A stretch of DNA of 64,000 bases from Eledone cirrhosa (taxonomy: Eukaryota): NCBI GenBank assembly GCA_964016885.1, contig OZ024747.1, forward strand, positions 91,884,001 to 91,948,000, given 5' to 3'. This document shows positions 25,658 through 40,066 of the stretch, in pieces; position 1 is the stretch's first letter, and each line of letters begins with the position of its first letter. The notes below the pieces were generated by a model. That model searched no databases, had not been told where the DNA came from, and was given only the letters and a program-made list of their open reading frames with translations. The translations under genes and the position numbers were made by a program.

Positions 25658-26106
25658 GTGTGTACATATATATACTATATATATACATATATATATACAT
25701 ATATGTGTACAAATATATACATATATATATACATATATGTGTACGTATATATACTATAGATATATATAGATATACATATATGTGTACATATATATATATA
25801 CTATATATATATACATATATGTATACATATATATACTATATATATATATACATATATGTGTACATATATATACTATTTATATATATATATATTTATATAT
25901 ATATATATATACATATATAGACATATATGTGTACATATATATACTATATATATACATATATATACATATGTGTACATATATGTAATATATATGTATATAT
26001 ACATATATGTGTACATATATATACTATATATATATATACAAATATATATATATATTTATACATATATATACTATATATATATATACATATATATATATAT
26101 ACATAC

Positions 26107-26139
<33 letters not shown>

Positions 26140-26182
26140 CATATATATACATACATATATATATATATACATATATATATAC

Positions 26183-26473
26183 GAGTATAGACATAGAATA
26201 TTCGAAAATATTCTGTATGTTTATAATAAACATTTTGAAGACCTAATCGCTATAGAATAGAATACGTCACGTATTACAATTAGATTCTCGATAAAAGCAC
26301 TGGATATGTAGTCCTGATGAATTCTAACAAGAATGAAACGCGTAGATTACTTCCCTTGCTTTTATCGAGAATCTAATTGTAATACGTGACGTATTCTATT
26401 CTATAGCGATTAGGTCTTCAAAATGTTTATTATAAACATACAGAATATTTTCGAATATTCTATGTCTATACTC
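26183..26473 (+). mobile_element. PLE terminal-repeat fragment with 117-bp inverted arms
   Basis: Arms 26183-26299 and 26357-26473 appear identical; the loop carries an HHR; inserted in the TA satellite. Confidence 0.85.
26308..26350 (+). ncRNA. Canonical minimal type I hammerhead ribozyme (Penelope type)
   Basis: gtagtc-CTGATGA-attct aaca agaat-GAAAC-GC-GTA-gattac; palindromic stem III ACGCGT; all core positions intact. Confidence 0.92.
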
Positions 26474-26519
26474 ACATATATATCGCTATTTCAGAGCATT
26501 TATTCCAATTTATATATAT

Positions 26520-26551
<32 letters not shown>

Positions 26552-26594
26552 ATTATATATATATATATACTATATATATATATATACATATATA

Positions 26595-26680
<86 letters not shown>

Positions 26681-27250
26681 TACATTTATATATATACATA
26701 TATATACTATATATATATACATATATATAGTATATATATACATGCATATAATTACGTACACAAAAATATTTAATATTTATCTTTCACTGTTGATCGGTCT
26801 TGTTATTTTTATGTCTATTTTTATGTCTTTTTCAAGCATCGCAAGATTCTTTTCATGCATATATTCTCTATTGGAATATTTTTCTGTTTCCATTCCTGTT
26901 TTATTTTCTTCAGCAGGAGCAACCGTATTAGAAAAACCAATATTGTTAGTTGATAGTCTACTATACAGGATCAATGTTGTCGCCTCAGGCCTCTCAGCTC
27001 ACTTTATCAAAATAAGAAGGAAGTTGCCCTATTATCTACGTTTCAATAAATACAATCGGTGCTCCAGTTAAGCCTTAGACGCGATGTTTGAAACGAAAGA
27101 AAGAAGTTATGAACTATATATTAATCTAAACATCCTCCCAAGTCGAATAACGGTCACACACACACACAAATAAACATTCATACATATATTACATATATAT
27201 GCATATATGCATACATTATAAACACACACACATATATATATTTATATATA

Positions 27251-27415
27251 TAGGAACGAGTAGGACCCCGACGGCTGAGCTCAAGCCGTTTCAACGGCTA
27301 ATTCTGGACTCAGTCCAGAATTAGCCGTCGTTCCTATTACCCACCCTACTACCCTAAGTATTGAGTACTTTGGTGCGTTATGGTCCACCTGGTTCCTTAC
27401 CACATTTCCTCCATT
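27251..27415. mobile_element. PLE terminal-repeat fragment inverted at the HHR core
   Basis: Minus strand reads ACGA-cggctaattctggact g agtccagaattagccg-tt-GAAACggct...agccGTC; perfect 17-bp hairpin 27294-27328; tail homologous to 19735-19805. Confidence 0.65.
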
Positions 27416-27534
27416 ATTTATATATATATATATATATATAAACACATACATATACTCACATACACAAACATGTATATAATATACATATATGATATAATAT
27501 ATATGATATAATATAAATGTGTATGTGTGTATGT

Positions 27535-27777
27535 TTGGAAAAATATTTTGAAAGAGCGAGCGAGTTTAAAATAAAAAATGGAAGCTTTAGCCTGATAGTG
27601 GGATTTAGAGCCCTCTAAGGAACTTCTATTTCTAATTTAAGACTCGCTTGCTGGTTCAAAACATACTTACTTGTCATTATCCAGGCTAAGAATACTCATC
27701 TTTTTCCATTTCTTAGAGGGTTCTAAACCCCACTATCAGGCTAAAATTTCTTTAGTCAAAAACACGGCGAAAGCTTA
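27535..27777. mobile_element. Fold-back repeat fragment, same family as 18695-18925
   Basis: tttagcctgatagtggg...ccctctaag is inverted relative to cttagagggttctaaaccccactatcaggctaaa. Confidence 0.65.
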
Positions 27778-27790
27778 TCTATCTATCTAT

Positions 27791-28690
27791 GGCACCTCGG
27801 GTACCTTCAAGCGCTCACAGCCCTCTACCCAGCGGAAACGGCAATCAGCGGTGACTCGACTTTGACATTCTATAGAGGATTAGTGGAGGATAAGTGCGAC
27901 GACGTTCTCGGGGAAACTCTAGGCATCGAGGGCTAACTTACCAGTCTGTTCGGGAGGACTTTCCGTCCAGGGCTCTACCAGTTCGAGACAAAATCTACAG
28001 GCATGGACGCCCTGGCAGAGATCCTGCCAAAAGGACTGTCCAAGATGCGAGCAGGACATCGAAACCGTTCTGCATGCAATTGTTCAGTGTCCAGGGGTGA
28101 CCGATCTATGAAATTATGTCGAACAGCTACTGTCACGTGTGGGACGCATCCACCTGTCAGCTGAGTCCATCGTGAGGATCAACCCGCCGCCTTCATTTAA
28201 GAATGAAGGAGAGGCGGTTTTCCTCCTCTAGTGGCTATTGCGAAAGAGGTAATATGGTGGACGAGGTTAAAAGGATTGAGGGCAAACACCTTTCTCTCCG
28301 GACAACAACTTATCCCCTTCTTTAATTACCACTTCAGAAGGAAGGTGAGAGTGGAGAGAGAGAGGTGCTACACCCCAGTAAATTCGCTGAAAGGTGGGGG
28401 AATGTGGCGAAAAAGGCCCGAGAGAATGGGCCTTCTCTGTAGATTGAGGAAGATAAACAGAGGGAAGACGGGAACACCTAAAAAACGTGTTCCTGGTGCT
28501 GAGAGTTGTTCTATCCACGGGGTGTAAAACAACCCTGCATTAACGTTCCCCCCTATTAGGGATTTCAATTGTAATTTTATTATATCTAGTTTATTGTTAT
28601 CTGTTAAAGTTATATGATTTCTATGTAAAACCCCGGACGTCACATCTTGTAATGTCCAATTTGTGTACGCCCCTGTGGCAAATAAAGAAA
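27791..28690 (+). mobile_element. 5'-truncated decayed Tx1/L1 copy related to 1-4472
   Basis: Homologous to ~3520-4472 (ttctatagaggattagtggag; ALPVRDKIYRHG; AKEVIWWTRLKGL); has stops and frameshifts; ends tgtggcaAATAAAGAAA before (CT)n(AT)n. Confidence 0.9.
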
Positions 28691-28695
28691 GATAC

Positions 28696-28782
<87 letters not shown>

Positions 28783-29070
28783 GTATAGGATTATCCAAGA
28801 TGTAGTAATGGTTAATTACTACACTGGATATGGTTGACGTACGGTAAGAGGTTACTCTACGAGTTATGGAAGAATTGTTCAAGAAACTTAGTTCCTGATC
28901 CTTCAGTATTCCGGAGTGTATATAAAGAATGAATAATAACAGGTAGACATCATAGAAAGGTAATTTATTCCGTGTGCTTACAAGTGTTTCCACGGTGGTA
29001 CTGCAGCCTAGTTCCGCTACGTGCAAATTCACAAGTACTTGCAGAACTCGAATATCCAATGCTGTGACCA

Positions 29071-29392
<322 letters not shown>

Positions 29393-29747
29393 TTGTACGT
29401 TTATTTGGGGCAATCATGTGACGATAAATTCTATCAGCTTCCCCCTTCTTTCTGGACTCTAAGGTAAATATATGAATGAATACGTTTCAGTCGGAATTCT
29501 ACCTGCTTGGCAAATTATTTGACTGAGACTCTGAGTGCAATGTTAATAAAGTACACCGTCAGAACGGAACGCAATCATTCAAAAACCACAAGAAAACTTA
29601 AATTCACTTTTATCATTTATTTCCTGATGTCAAACGTTTTGTCGCCATGTTGCGAACTTCTCACTGGTAATGTTCTCGTACAACTGATTGGATACTCACC
29701 AGCTCTTGTCAGTTTTATTAATTTTGAATTATGTGTTATTAATATAG

Positions 29748-29802
<55 letters not shown>

Positions 29803-29824
29803 ACACACACATATATATATATAT

Positions 29825-29928
29825 ATATTTATTAAAATAACAGATTAAATTTTAAGCAAAGAATCGCTGCTTTCACCCTTAAGCAGCGATTCTTTGCTTG
29901 AACTTTAATCTGTTATTTTAATAAATAT
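29825..29928. repeat. Fold-back hairpin from a PLE-like terminal repeat
   Basis: ~47-bp arms; related sequence at 19620-19690 and 32370-32450. Confidence 0.7.
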
Positions 29929-30011
29929 TTGCTCTACCGTTCTTATATATTTGATATATATTTATCCTTATCGAGCCCTCTTTGGATTTTAGTCTTCAAT
30001 TTTATTATTAT

Positions 30012-30055
<44 letters not shown>

Positions 30056-30059
<4 letters not shown>

Positions 30060-31030
30060 AGGAGGTTATAGTTCACTTGAAGCATTGTGTAATGAGGTAT
30101 AAAGGTTTGAATATGTGTAATAAGGCCAAGACAATGCAGGTATGGACATAGAAAAAAGAATGCAATAGTGAAAGAAATTGATGTGAATTCGTCTTTCACC
30201 TTGAATTTATTTAAATGTCCTTAATTTTCGAGATAATATCTCTTCTTCGGAGGGAAGTAAAGGTCTCAAACCAGCGTCTTTAAATCTCTCGTCAAGCCAT
30301 GCTGACCGGAAATAGTATAGAGTATCTGTTCTAACTCTAATATCAAAGAATTAAAATTAGGTGGATAAAGAGTAGTCTCCCTTTAAGAGGGGTTTGTTTA
30401 GGTTTTTTTGTTTTTTTTTAAATTTTATATACGTGCCTGTATATGTGTGTGGGAGAATGCATGAAGGTGTAGGTATGTGGGTGTGTGTGTGTGAGTGTGG
30501 GAAGATAGGTCTAATCGTAAAAGTGGGGGGTAGGTGTTATATGGTGTTAGAACTGGTTTTGTGTGTGTATGTGTGAGAGAGAATAAGTGGAGGTGTGCGC
30601 GTGCGTGTGTGTGGGGTGTGTAAAAATGGGGCTAGAGGCCCTATCAGGTTATACATTGGGTGTTGAGCTCTAGTCTATTATTGATTGGTGGATGTGTTCT
30701 ATCTATAATAAGTGCTTCCTTAATTCTAAGATTGCGGAGGTTTCTTTCCTTAGTTTCTATCCTAACTGTTATGTTTTTATCGGTGTTTTTGCATTTAACT
30801 AGGTGTTTCTTAAATGAGGAAGCGTTAGTATTGAGGTGTTCTTTTATTCTTATGTGGAGTGGTCTGGTGGTGCTACCTACGTAGAAGTTGTTGCATTTGT
30901 CACACTCTAGTCTGTATACTACGTAAGCCTGGTGGCATAGGTCTGTGTCGTTGATGGGGCAGTTGGCTAGTCTGCAGCAGTTGTCATGTCTGGTGGAGTG
31001 TCTCTTAGCCAGCCGTCCGCGCAAAGAAGG
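30056..31030 (-). mobile_element. 5'-truncated Penelope-like element (GIY-YIG plus 3' terminal repeat)
   Basis: ORF 30644-31024: VVYRLECDKC...YVGSTTRPLHIRIKEH...IKEALII...PPIN; Cys-rich linker; 3' end at (TA)n. Confidence 0.88.
30219..30253 (-). ncRNA. Minimal hammerhead motif with CCGAAGA core variant
   Basis: cct-CCGAAGA-a-gagat att atctc-GAAA-at-TA-agg, at the expected position downstream of the GIY-YIG ORF. Confidence 0.55.
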
Positions 31031-31059
31031 ACCCGAGTGGGCCAGAATATTATTTATAT

Positions 31060-31612
31060 GTCAGGTCGCTCTTCAGTGCTACTAGTAACATGTAACCCAC
31101 CTGTGCATGGTCGTGTCATCGGCGACTAAACCCACAATCCCACCAAGCTTGCTTGGTGAGGAGGGTAATTTTAGACACCCTGCACGATGAAAAACAAAAC
31201 CTGGCAAAGGACGGAGGAACTCAAGAGAGCCAACGGCTATCCAATAAATTCTTTTTTTGTTTTGTTTTTTGTTTTTGGGGAGCGAAAGACTCCTAGTCTT
31301 CATCAAGACATCTCAAGGAGAAGGACACTTCGATATAAAACCTCAGACTTCGTTTGCATCCAATGATGTTGACCTGTTATTCTTTTGGAGTAAAGGCATT
31401 CGATGTTCAAAGCGTGGGATTGGCCCTGGGCAAAGCTTTTCCTCTCTTAAAAAAAGCTTCAAGCACAGGCATCGCTTGATATATGACATTTCTAGTGATA
31501 CATGGCATTGCTGGCCATAGGCAAGCGGCAAGTCCCTAACAGAACTAAAAAGCCACTCCGTGATGCTTAGGAATCAAGCGATGGCATTACTCGAAATTGA
31601 GTTGCAGCCATT
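31060..31612 (+). mobile_element. Non-coding RTE-derived element (copy 2)
   Basis: Structured head; aggagaaggacactt resembles the RTE 5'UTR motif aggagaaggaaaactc; 3' end tactcgaaattgagttgcagcca shared with 43654-44205. Confidence 0.65.
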
Positions 31613-31627
31613 ATATATATATATATA

Positions 31628-31815
31628 GGCGGTGGATTGGCAGTATCGGTAGAGGGTCAGATGCCATGCTTTCCGGCATAGTTACGTCCCTTAACGATCT
31701 GAGTTCAAATCCCGCCGAGGTTGACTTTGCCTTTCATCCTTACGAAGTCGATAAAATAAAGTACCAGTAATGCACTGGGTAATTGCTGGCCTTGTGCCAA
31801 AAAGTAGAAACAATT
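31628..31815 (+). mobile_element. Full-length family-1 tRNA-derived SINE
   Basis: ggcggtggaTTGGCAGTATCGGTAG...GAGTTCAAATCCcgcc...tagaaacaattatt. Confidence 0.92.
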
Positions 31816-32210
31816 ATTTATATATACATATATATATATATATATTAGGTTTTAATCGATGTTGTGGCAGCAATAGAGCAGATACAAATCGAATTGTTCG
31901 AGGCAGTCACAACGCACTGAATTGTGGGAAAAACTTAATATATTCTTCGTCCAGAGTTAACACATATAGTTATATAAGTGTGACGCCCCAAACTAATCGA
32001 TTAGATGAATATAGCCACAACAACAAGAAAAGTAAAAGTTAAAAAGTAAAAGTCAAAAAGTGCAGGGTTATATTTAAAGATTATCGTTTTCATTAATGCG
32101 AGAGAATGAATAATTCTATAATTGTTACATTAAGCGCATATACATTTTGTCAATTATTACTGATTTCGATTTGTATATAAAATCGGTAATACTTTTCAAC
32201 TTCTCATATA

Positions 32211-32260
<50 letters not shown>

Positions 32261-32474
32261 CATCCACTGAGTGAAACAATTACAAAATTATTCACTAGAA
32301 TAAGGAAAAGAATAATGTTTAGATATACCCCAGTGCCTTATGTTTATATATATATATATATATATAAACCCGTCGAACAAATATTGATTATTAGTACAGA
32401 TTAAAGTTTAAGCAAATATAGTTTCTACTTTCACCCTATATGGGATATTCTGAAACATCTACATCGAACTTTGC

Positions 32475-32530
<56 letters not shown>

Positions 32531-32547
32531 ATATATATATGCGTGTG

Positions 32548-32745
32548 TCTCAGATCACTACCGAGTGCTACTGGTAACATGTAACCCAGTACAACCTGTC
32601 TCATGGTCGGGTCGTCGGTGACTAAACCGACGACCTCAGTAAGCTTGCTCGGTGAAGAGGGTGATATTTGAACTCCCTGCGGGATGAAATACAAGACCCA
32701 GCAAAGGGCGGAGGAACTCATCAGAGTCAACGACCACCCAAATAG
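32548..32745 (+). mobile_element. RTE-5'UTR-like structured repeat, copy 3 (head only)
   Basis: Same head motif as 7128, 31060 and 43654. Confidence 0.65.
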
Positions 32746-33080
32746 TATTTTTTTTTTTTTCTGAAAGCTAAGGGCTGTCGTTATATTTTCCGTGGCAAAT
32801 ATTTGCACCGAAATGTGTCGTCAATTCCAAAAAGTGTGGTTGGTCCTACTCAGGCCTTCACCACTTAAGACAAAACTGTGTGTGGGTAGTTCAACATCAG
32901 TTCACTTTCTCACATTCCCGCCAGTCTTTTGCAGGCGGAGTCTGGAGGCAATGGAGTGATAGTGGCGGGAACAGGTAGAAGATACTACTGCGGGATTAAA
33001 ATGTCACATGAGACACCGCCATCCAAAGAGCTGAACTTTGGTTGGACACTTATGCGTCGGATACCGACGGGAGGGAGAGT

Positions 33081-33175
<95 letters not shown>

Positions 33176-33829
33176 ATGTATGAGTTTTTGTTAAATAACA
33201 TAAAAATTACCAAATTACCAATATATAGAAGTCGATGCTAACATCTAGAGTATCTATACTTATAAATCAGTAGCAGTAATGTATTGTGTTATCATGTATC
33301 CTCTAATGTCACCTCGTGTTTCGGGTCTCTGCTGACGGTCTGGACTGCAAACTCTACATTTTACCTTAGCGACCTCACACCTTGAACGCCATCACTTAAT
33401 TCAACATTCCTCCACGAGCTCTATAATATTTGTGATCGATCTTCCGCCTGTTGGTCACCTCACTGCGATCCTCCCAAAGAAGGGATATTTTGTAACATAA
33501 TTACCTGCTCAGTAGCTTCTTAGACCAGCTCCCGGTTATTAATAATTTGAAAATGTTTAATGGTAATAAACAGTTTTTAGATTTTAACGACCATGGCCCG
33601 GATCTCGTTTAGTCTCCAATTAAGTAGTTCAAATATTGGTATGAAAAATGGTACAGGATTCGCGTTTTGGAATGTATATTAATCAAATGCACAGGATTAC
33701 AGAGCTATATGATAGTATCTAGTTATACATTCTTTCTCACGATTGTCATCATCGAATTACTATCTAGCTATCCATAGATATCCGTAATAGTATTCATTGG
33801 ATATTATTGGGTTGTCAAGTATGAAATGT

Positions 33830-34043
33830 GAAAGCGTGTGGCTGAGTGGTTAGAGAATTTGATTCGCAATCGTGAGTTTGTGAGTTCGATTCCCAGACCG
33901 GGCGATGCATTATGTCCTTGAGCAAGACATTTTATTTCCCGTTGTTCCATCTACCTGGAGTTGCGACCGATAGATAGTATTATCAATTGGAAAAACCAAT
34001 GGAAACATTGTTTCCTCGGTTCGATTTGACGAAAGTCGATCGT
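33830..34043 (+). mobile_element. tRNA-derived SINE family 2
   Basis: A-box TGGCTGAGTGG, B-box GTTCGATTCC, central gtccttgagcaagaca; second copy at 49071. Confidence 0.85.
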
Positions 34044-34894
34044 TCAAGTATGAAATTTGTAAAGATTTGTATTTCTTTCAACAAATTTCATATTTGATGA
34101 CCCCAATAGTAAAAAAAAATATTCAAACCATAAATAGACATGGTATTAACCCTGTAGGATTTCCTGCTTTTGAAATTGGTGGGTACAGTTAGTTATCTTG
34201 ACCAAATTGTATCGCTTTAACCTTTGAAAATATCGTACATTGTTCACAAATCTTCTCTATGGAATTCTTATTTTCATCTATGAGATCGTTCATGAAGAAG
34301 CTATGTATCAGTTTGATGTTTCTGTCTATCTGTGAACCTATCACTCACCCTTCAGATTTTCTCATTAAAAAGAGTAATGGGTTCAGGGAAAGTTATTGGC
34401 AGCATAGTACTAAAACCAAAACAAAAATCAACAATGATATTATAACTAATATATAAAATAAAATAAGCGAAGTTCGTTTTTGTTATTATTTTAAACATCA
34501 GCGAGTGAAGTTATTGAATTATCTGCTTTACCATTCCCAGAGGGGTTTCTTCAGGAAACGTATCAGATTGGACTAAGTATACTGTTTCTTTTAACAATAG
34601 GAAGTCAATAACGCTTGACTAAGTTATAATTGTTGGACTATTACATTATCAATCTAACAGAGAGTGTAATTGCTTCGAAAATGATATAAACTTGAAAAAA
34701 CAAAATAGTTAGCTGAGAGCTATTTTGGGGTTGTATAAATTTTGAATTTCGATTAGAAGAAACATGTTAACACTGTCAAAACTATACATGCAGACACACA
34801 CATACACACAGAGATACACACACACACACATATATTACATATTATATATATATTATATGTTATATTATATATATTTTTATGCATATATATATTA

Positions 34895-34955
<61 letters not shown>

Positions 34956-37508
34956 TATACATATATTATACTATATGTGTGTGTGTAAGTAAATAGCGTT
35001 ATATTCAGTTTTTGACGACCATAGAATACAAGTACTATATTACCCTCTTAGAGACAGTTCATCAATAATCATGCAGACATATGACCAAAGGTATTCCAGT
35101 TGCGTCATTTTCCTTATTTTATGAGTATCATAACTATATTATCAAGTGTAAGCTTCGTATTTAAGGTAATGAAAAGATGATGCGGTAGCTATTTCTAGTA
35201 GGTCGAATAAAAGAGCCGTTATGTGTTTATAAGGGATTCCCCCCGAATACATGCCTATTTGTCCTATAGGTGTGTGAAGAGTTTACCATATTAACTTTTT
35301 ATAATAATATTGTATAGAATCCTTCAGATGAAGGAGTCTATACAATTTTCAAGTTGAGATATCTTGCAAGTAGCTACCTATACAGTACATGACAACTATA
35401 GTATTTGGCAAATCGTTTTACACTCTTCAAATAGCCAGTATATTTTAAAATCACATATAGGAACGTAAACCACGGTATAGATCATGTTATATTCATACAC
35501 CAACATAAAGTTTATTTCGATTAATAGGAGACACTCATAACAGTGTTGAAACAGTAACTTACTTGGCCACATTATAAAACCTAGATATAAATTATAGACA
35601 ATTATTTTTACATATTTTCAGATTTATGTTTCAAAATGTATTGTGTCACAAAGACTGATATAAGATGAAAACATTGTTTAAAGCCTTCATTAAGTTTCAT
35701 TGGTGAATAACGATTAAAAGTTATGTGAATATTAGGAAAATTAAATGACGATTCGACAACCCATTCCGCAATTGTCCATATAACTTGATGCTTCTGTAAT
35801 GATTGGTCAACATAAGATAGATTAAGAATAAAGTCAGTTTTTTTTAATAGTTTTTTTAAACTTAATTTGCCCTTTGTGCTATTGTTGGTTTATCGTTTCA
35901 TCAAGAACATTCTATTCGAAGCAGATTACATATTTGAGCAAATATTCCACTTAATATGCAATTTTGAAAATGTGCAAACTGACTGAATTCCGTAGTATAT
36001 TATATATAAGTATATTTCATTAAAAGTATTAAAGGCATGTTTCAAATAAGATTTAATTAAAATTAATACAATCAAATAGTATATAAAGTCACAAAAAATT
36101 CTGTGGAGAGAAAAGGCCTTGAACAAAGACGGTAGACAATCCCTACGCTTTCAGTCAATATATTTTAATATATTTCAAATACCTTTGTAAACTTTCTAAA
36201 CTACGAGTAAAATTTTTACATGCTAAAGAAAGAAAGGAAAATAGGTAGTTACATTATTTTCTGTTACATTTTAAATCTACAATATATTCAGTTGTTGATA
36301 TGTATCTATAGAAGCAATTGTATTTAGTAAGTTTAGTTAGTTCATTTTTCATTTAAATATAAAGTTGCTTTAACAACTCTTTATATAAACAAGATAGTGG
36401 AAATAAATATCCAAACATTGTTAATTAAGGTTATATAGTCCCAAACAGATATGTCGATATATTTACTATATCAGTTTCCTTATTTAAACATTGAGTTACA
36501 TTATTGATGAAAATAAAATGGCTTGGATGCACATTATTAAAGTAGTATAATTCGTTTTTCTTTGTTTTATTGTTGCTTTGACTTGTGTTTTTGAATCTTG
36601 CTGATAGATATCTCATTCGTTGTAGTTCAAATTTTTGTTGTTATTCTTTTAAAACAAACATTTCAAGAAATAATCAAAACAAAGGTGCTAATTTTCTTTG
36701 CTTCTGATAAGTGAGACATGTCCGTGGGTTGTGAACTACAATTACTTTAATCATTCCGAGCCAATGATTTATTTTTTACATCAACTTACCTCTCTTATAC
36801 TAATGAAATTTCGTACATTTCTACAGACTGGTAGACCAACACGTTGTTGCTATAATTACAATATGTTCTTTAATTATTTAGGGTTCGCATGAACTGTCAA
36901 ATCATTCCAGATAGATGTGGATATATAGTAGCTAAATATTTGAAGTTAATTGGTGATCTAAGAAAAGTGGAAAGTATTGTATGTTAAAAATCTTTGAATA
37001 CAAGCAACAAATAAAAATAAATTATTTCATCTTTAAATAATGATAAAGGATCTATAGATTTTGAGAAATGTGTTGTGTTAATACCACGTTAAAAAATTGA
37101 AATGTATAGGTTGTATTGTTTTACGTTAGAAAATGTTCGTGTCACGTATCAGACTGAATCGGTTAATGTGTAACAGCTTACCGGTTTGGTACATCACCTA
37201 ATTTTAAAGTTAATTCATGACATTCTTAAATAACGTAACATTTGAATTCCTAAACCGGTTAGATTATTCCTGCCTGTAAGTAGTCAGTTTTACCAATGCT
37301 TGCATGGGAATGTCTAAGTATAAAAATGTGAAACTAATACTTCACCTGAAGTGTTGGCGCTAAGTGATATTATAGAAAACCTTAAAACTCCCAATATTTT
37401 GCCTCGTGATTTTTGACATGTTTCCTTTTACCAGTGCAGTTTATTTCCATATAGATGTAAAATCAATTCAGCGTAATTAAAAGCAACTCCAATGCATATT
37501 ATTTACAG

Positions 37509-37620
37509 TTCAAATCCCGCCGAGGTTAACTTTGCCTTTCATCCTTACAGGGTCGATAAAATAAAGTACCAGTAATACACTGGGGTAATAGCTGGCCTTG
37601 TGCCAAAAGTAGAAACAATT
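37509..37620 (+). mobile_element. 5'-truncated family-1 SINE with 11-bp TSD
   Basis: TSD attatttacag at 37498-37508 and 37618-37628. Confidence 0.88.
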
Positions 37621-37767
37621 ATTTACAGACGATAAATTTTTGAGGAAAAATTACACACTAATAAACGAATTACACAAGAATGTAAAATTGAATAAACTTT
37701 CATATCTGAATTGATGCCCATTTCATTCATTTAAACACCGTGCACCAAATCCTTTCATATTGCAAAT

Positions 37768-37865
<98 letters not shown>

Positions 37866-38137
37866 GTGTGTGTAACAGATATGTAGGGGGTAACCACAGT
37901 AATTAAAGTACTCAATACATATATATATATATATATCTTTCGACCACTCCCCCTCACACACTCACAACTCTTTTCTTTCCCACTTTTCTCCTGATGAAGT
38001 GTTATGCTCGAAACGTCGTCCTCCACACCCCGCTCTCAAGCTTGAATCTAATACTAACACTTTGAACTGCACACTTCGTTATTGTTTTTGTTTTCTGTTT
38101 TAACTTATACATATATATATATATAATATATATATAT

Positions 38138-38181
<44 letters not shown>

Positions 38182-38182
38182 A

Positions 38183-38343
38183 CACTGGAAGGTAAAATCC
38201 GTAGTGGTAGAGCACTCAGTTCATGGGACGAGTTAGGTAGAAGTGGTAACATAACAGTTAGTTCACCATACCGAGAACAGTTGTTTCATCCGCTAAGGTG
38301 AAATAATTGTTCTCGGTATGGTGAACTAACTGTTGTGTTACCA

Positions 38344-38346
<3 letters not shown>
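38183..38346. mobile_element. Fold-back fragment, hairpin 38241-38346
   Basis: ~50-bp arms; hinge tttcatcc-gcta-aggtgaaa directly precedes GAAAYAAYTGTT on both strands. Confidence 0.65.
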
Positions 38347-38395
<49 letters not shown>

Positions 38396-38844
38396 GTGGG
38401 GTATGTGTTTGTCTGAGTGTGTCGGGATTTGTAGGTGGATATTTTAAAACATGAAGCTAGAACATCATTCGTTATAATATGTATTAATGATTTAGAAATT
38501 AACTAGCGATGTTTAAAATAGCAGAAAGAGGTGTAATATGAGCTTATTCTGTCTGAATCCGTGATATTAACGTGTTCTGATGTGTGTAAATATACCTTCA
38601 AGTTTCACAACTTAGAAGAAAAACACTACAAACAATCATTTTTAAATATTGGTTTTCGCTAGGTAAATAAGATTTATAATTCAACACTATCTTGGTGCGG
38701 ATAGAGGTTTTTACAATTATTATTTCACTTTATTGCTTCATTCATTTAGTTTCGTTTCGTGTTCTAAATTCACCCCGAATTTCCAAGCTGTTAGACGGAT
38801 TTTGTTAAACTGGATATTTATTTTACATTATTTATTCATTGTTG

Positions 38845-39030
38845 GCCAGTGGATTGGCAGTATCGGTAGAGGGTCGGACGCCATGCTTTGACGCATAGAG
38901 TTACGGCCCTTGCCATTCTGAGTTCAAATCCCGCCGAGGTTAACTTTGCCTTTCATCCTTATGGGGTCGATAAAATAAAGTACCAGTAATACACTGGTTA
39001 ATTGCTGGCCTTGTGCCAAAAGTAGAAACA
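38845..39030 (+). mobile_element. Full-length family-1 SINE with 18-bp TSD
   Basis: TSD attatttattcattgttg at 38827-38844 and 39031-39048. Confidence 0.93.
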
Positions 39031-40066
39031 ATTATTTATTCATTGTTGTTTGTAGAATATACCTTGCTAAATTATTTAGAGTTTGAAACCAAATAGTTCA
39101 CTTTCTCTTAATAGTAGAAACATCACTTGGTATTATCGGTTTTCAATAGTATTACGACAGATATATGTTCGATTACTTCAAAAAGACAACACAGTCGCTT
39201 CTTTATAACATTTTTATAGTTATATGTATGTTGCTGGCTAACTGTAAATCTAATTAGGAGGAGGGCTTATTACTTAGTCTTTAACAGGAATATTTTCAAC
39301 GCTTTATATGCCTGCTCAAAATATTCCAACTATTTCTATCATTGAAAATAAACTTAAACCTTCACTGCGTTAGTTGGATAATGGCGTGAAAGAACTTCAT
39401 GAACGAACATTAAAGGGAAGAGTAACAAATATCATTTATTTATATCATTAGAAAAGAAAATATTTTCTAATATTTACTTAGCAAATCATAGATTATGGGA
39501 TATGAAACATAGTATATAATTCATCATAAATATATAGGAAAACTTTTGTATAATATAAAGAAAACATTAATACGGCTTGAATGTATACATCTTGAAAGAA
39601 AACTTACAAGTGCATATATAAAATTATAATCTAAGTAGAAGTTGTACGTTTCAACGGTGTTTAACGGTTGCTGTTGTAAAAGCTCTGGCAACTTCTTATT
39701 TCTATGGAGAGAATTTCTCTTATAATCTTCTCGGGTAAGCCAAATGTTGCTTATCAATACTCTACTGTAAAAGTATTGTAGATATTTTCCTGTAAATGTA
39801 TGGTTAAACTATTATGTTTTGGAGGGACTCTGTCATATTATATCTCACAGAACATTTGTTATATGCATGTTGGTCAAAGCCCTGGAAAGTGAGTGGATCA
39901 GGAAAACTACATTATTAAAATTAGGTTCCCCTTAAAAATACATGTCCCTAATACCAGAAAAATATTATAGGCTATTTCTATATTGGTTTCAACGCTATCA
40001 TATAACGAATTTAGTCACCGTTACTATGAGAACGTGCAATGATGTACAAACTGCTTTGTTATATTA

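Noticed and set aside
26777-26974. 65-aa minus-strand ORF as a host exon
   Set aside because: No recognisable domain or clear splice context; could be a repeat fragment.
31628-31720. tRNA gene calls for the A/B-box heads (also 33830 and 49071)
   Set aside because: No complete cloverleaf; each continues into a SINE body, often with TSDs.
37985-38025. HHR-like CTGATGA-agtgttatgctc-GAAACGTC
   Set aside because: Core present but stem I does not pair; possibly a decayed or variant motif, not supportable alone.
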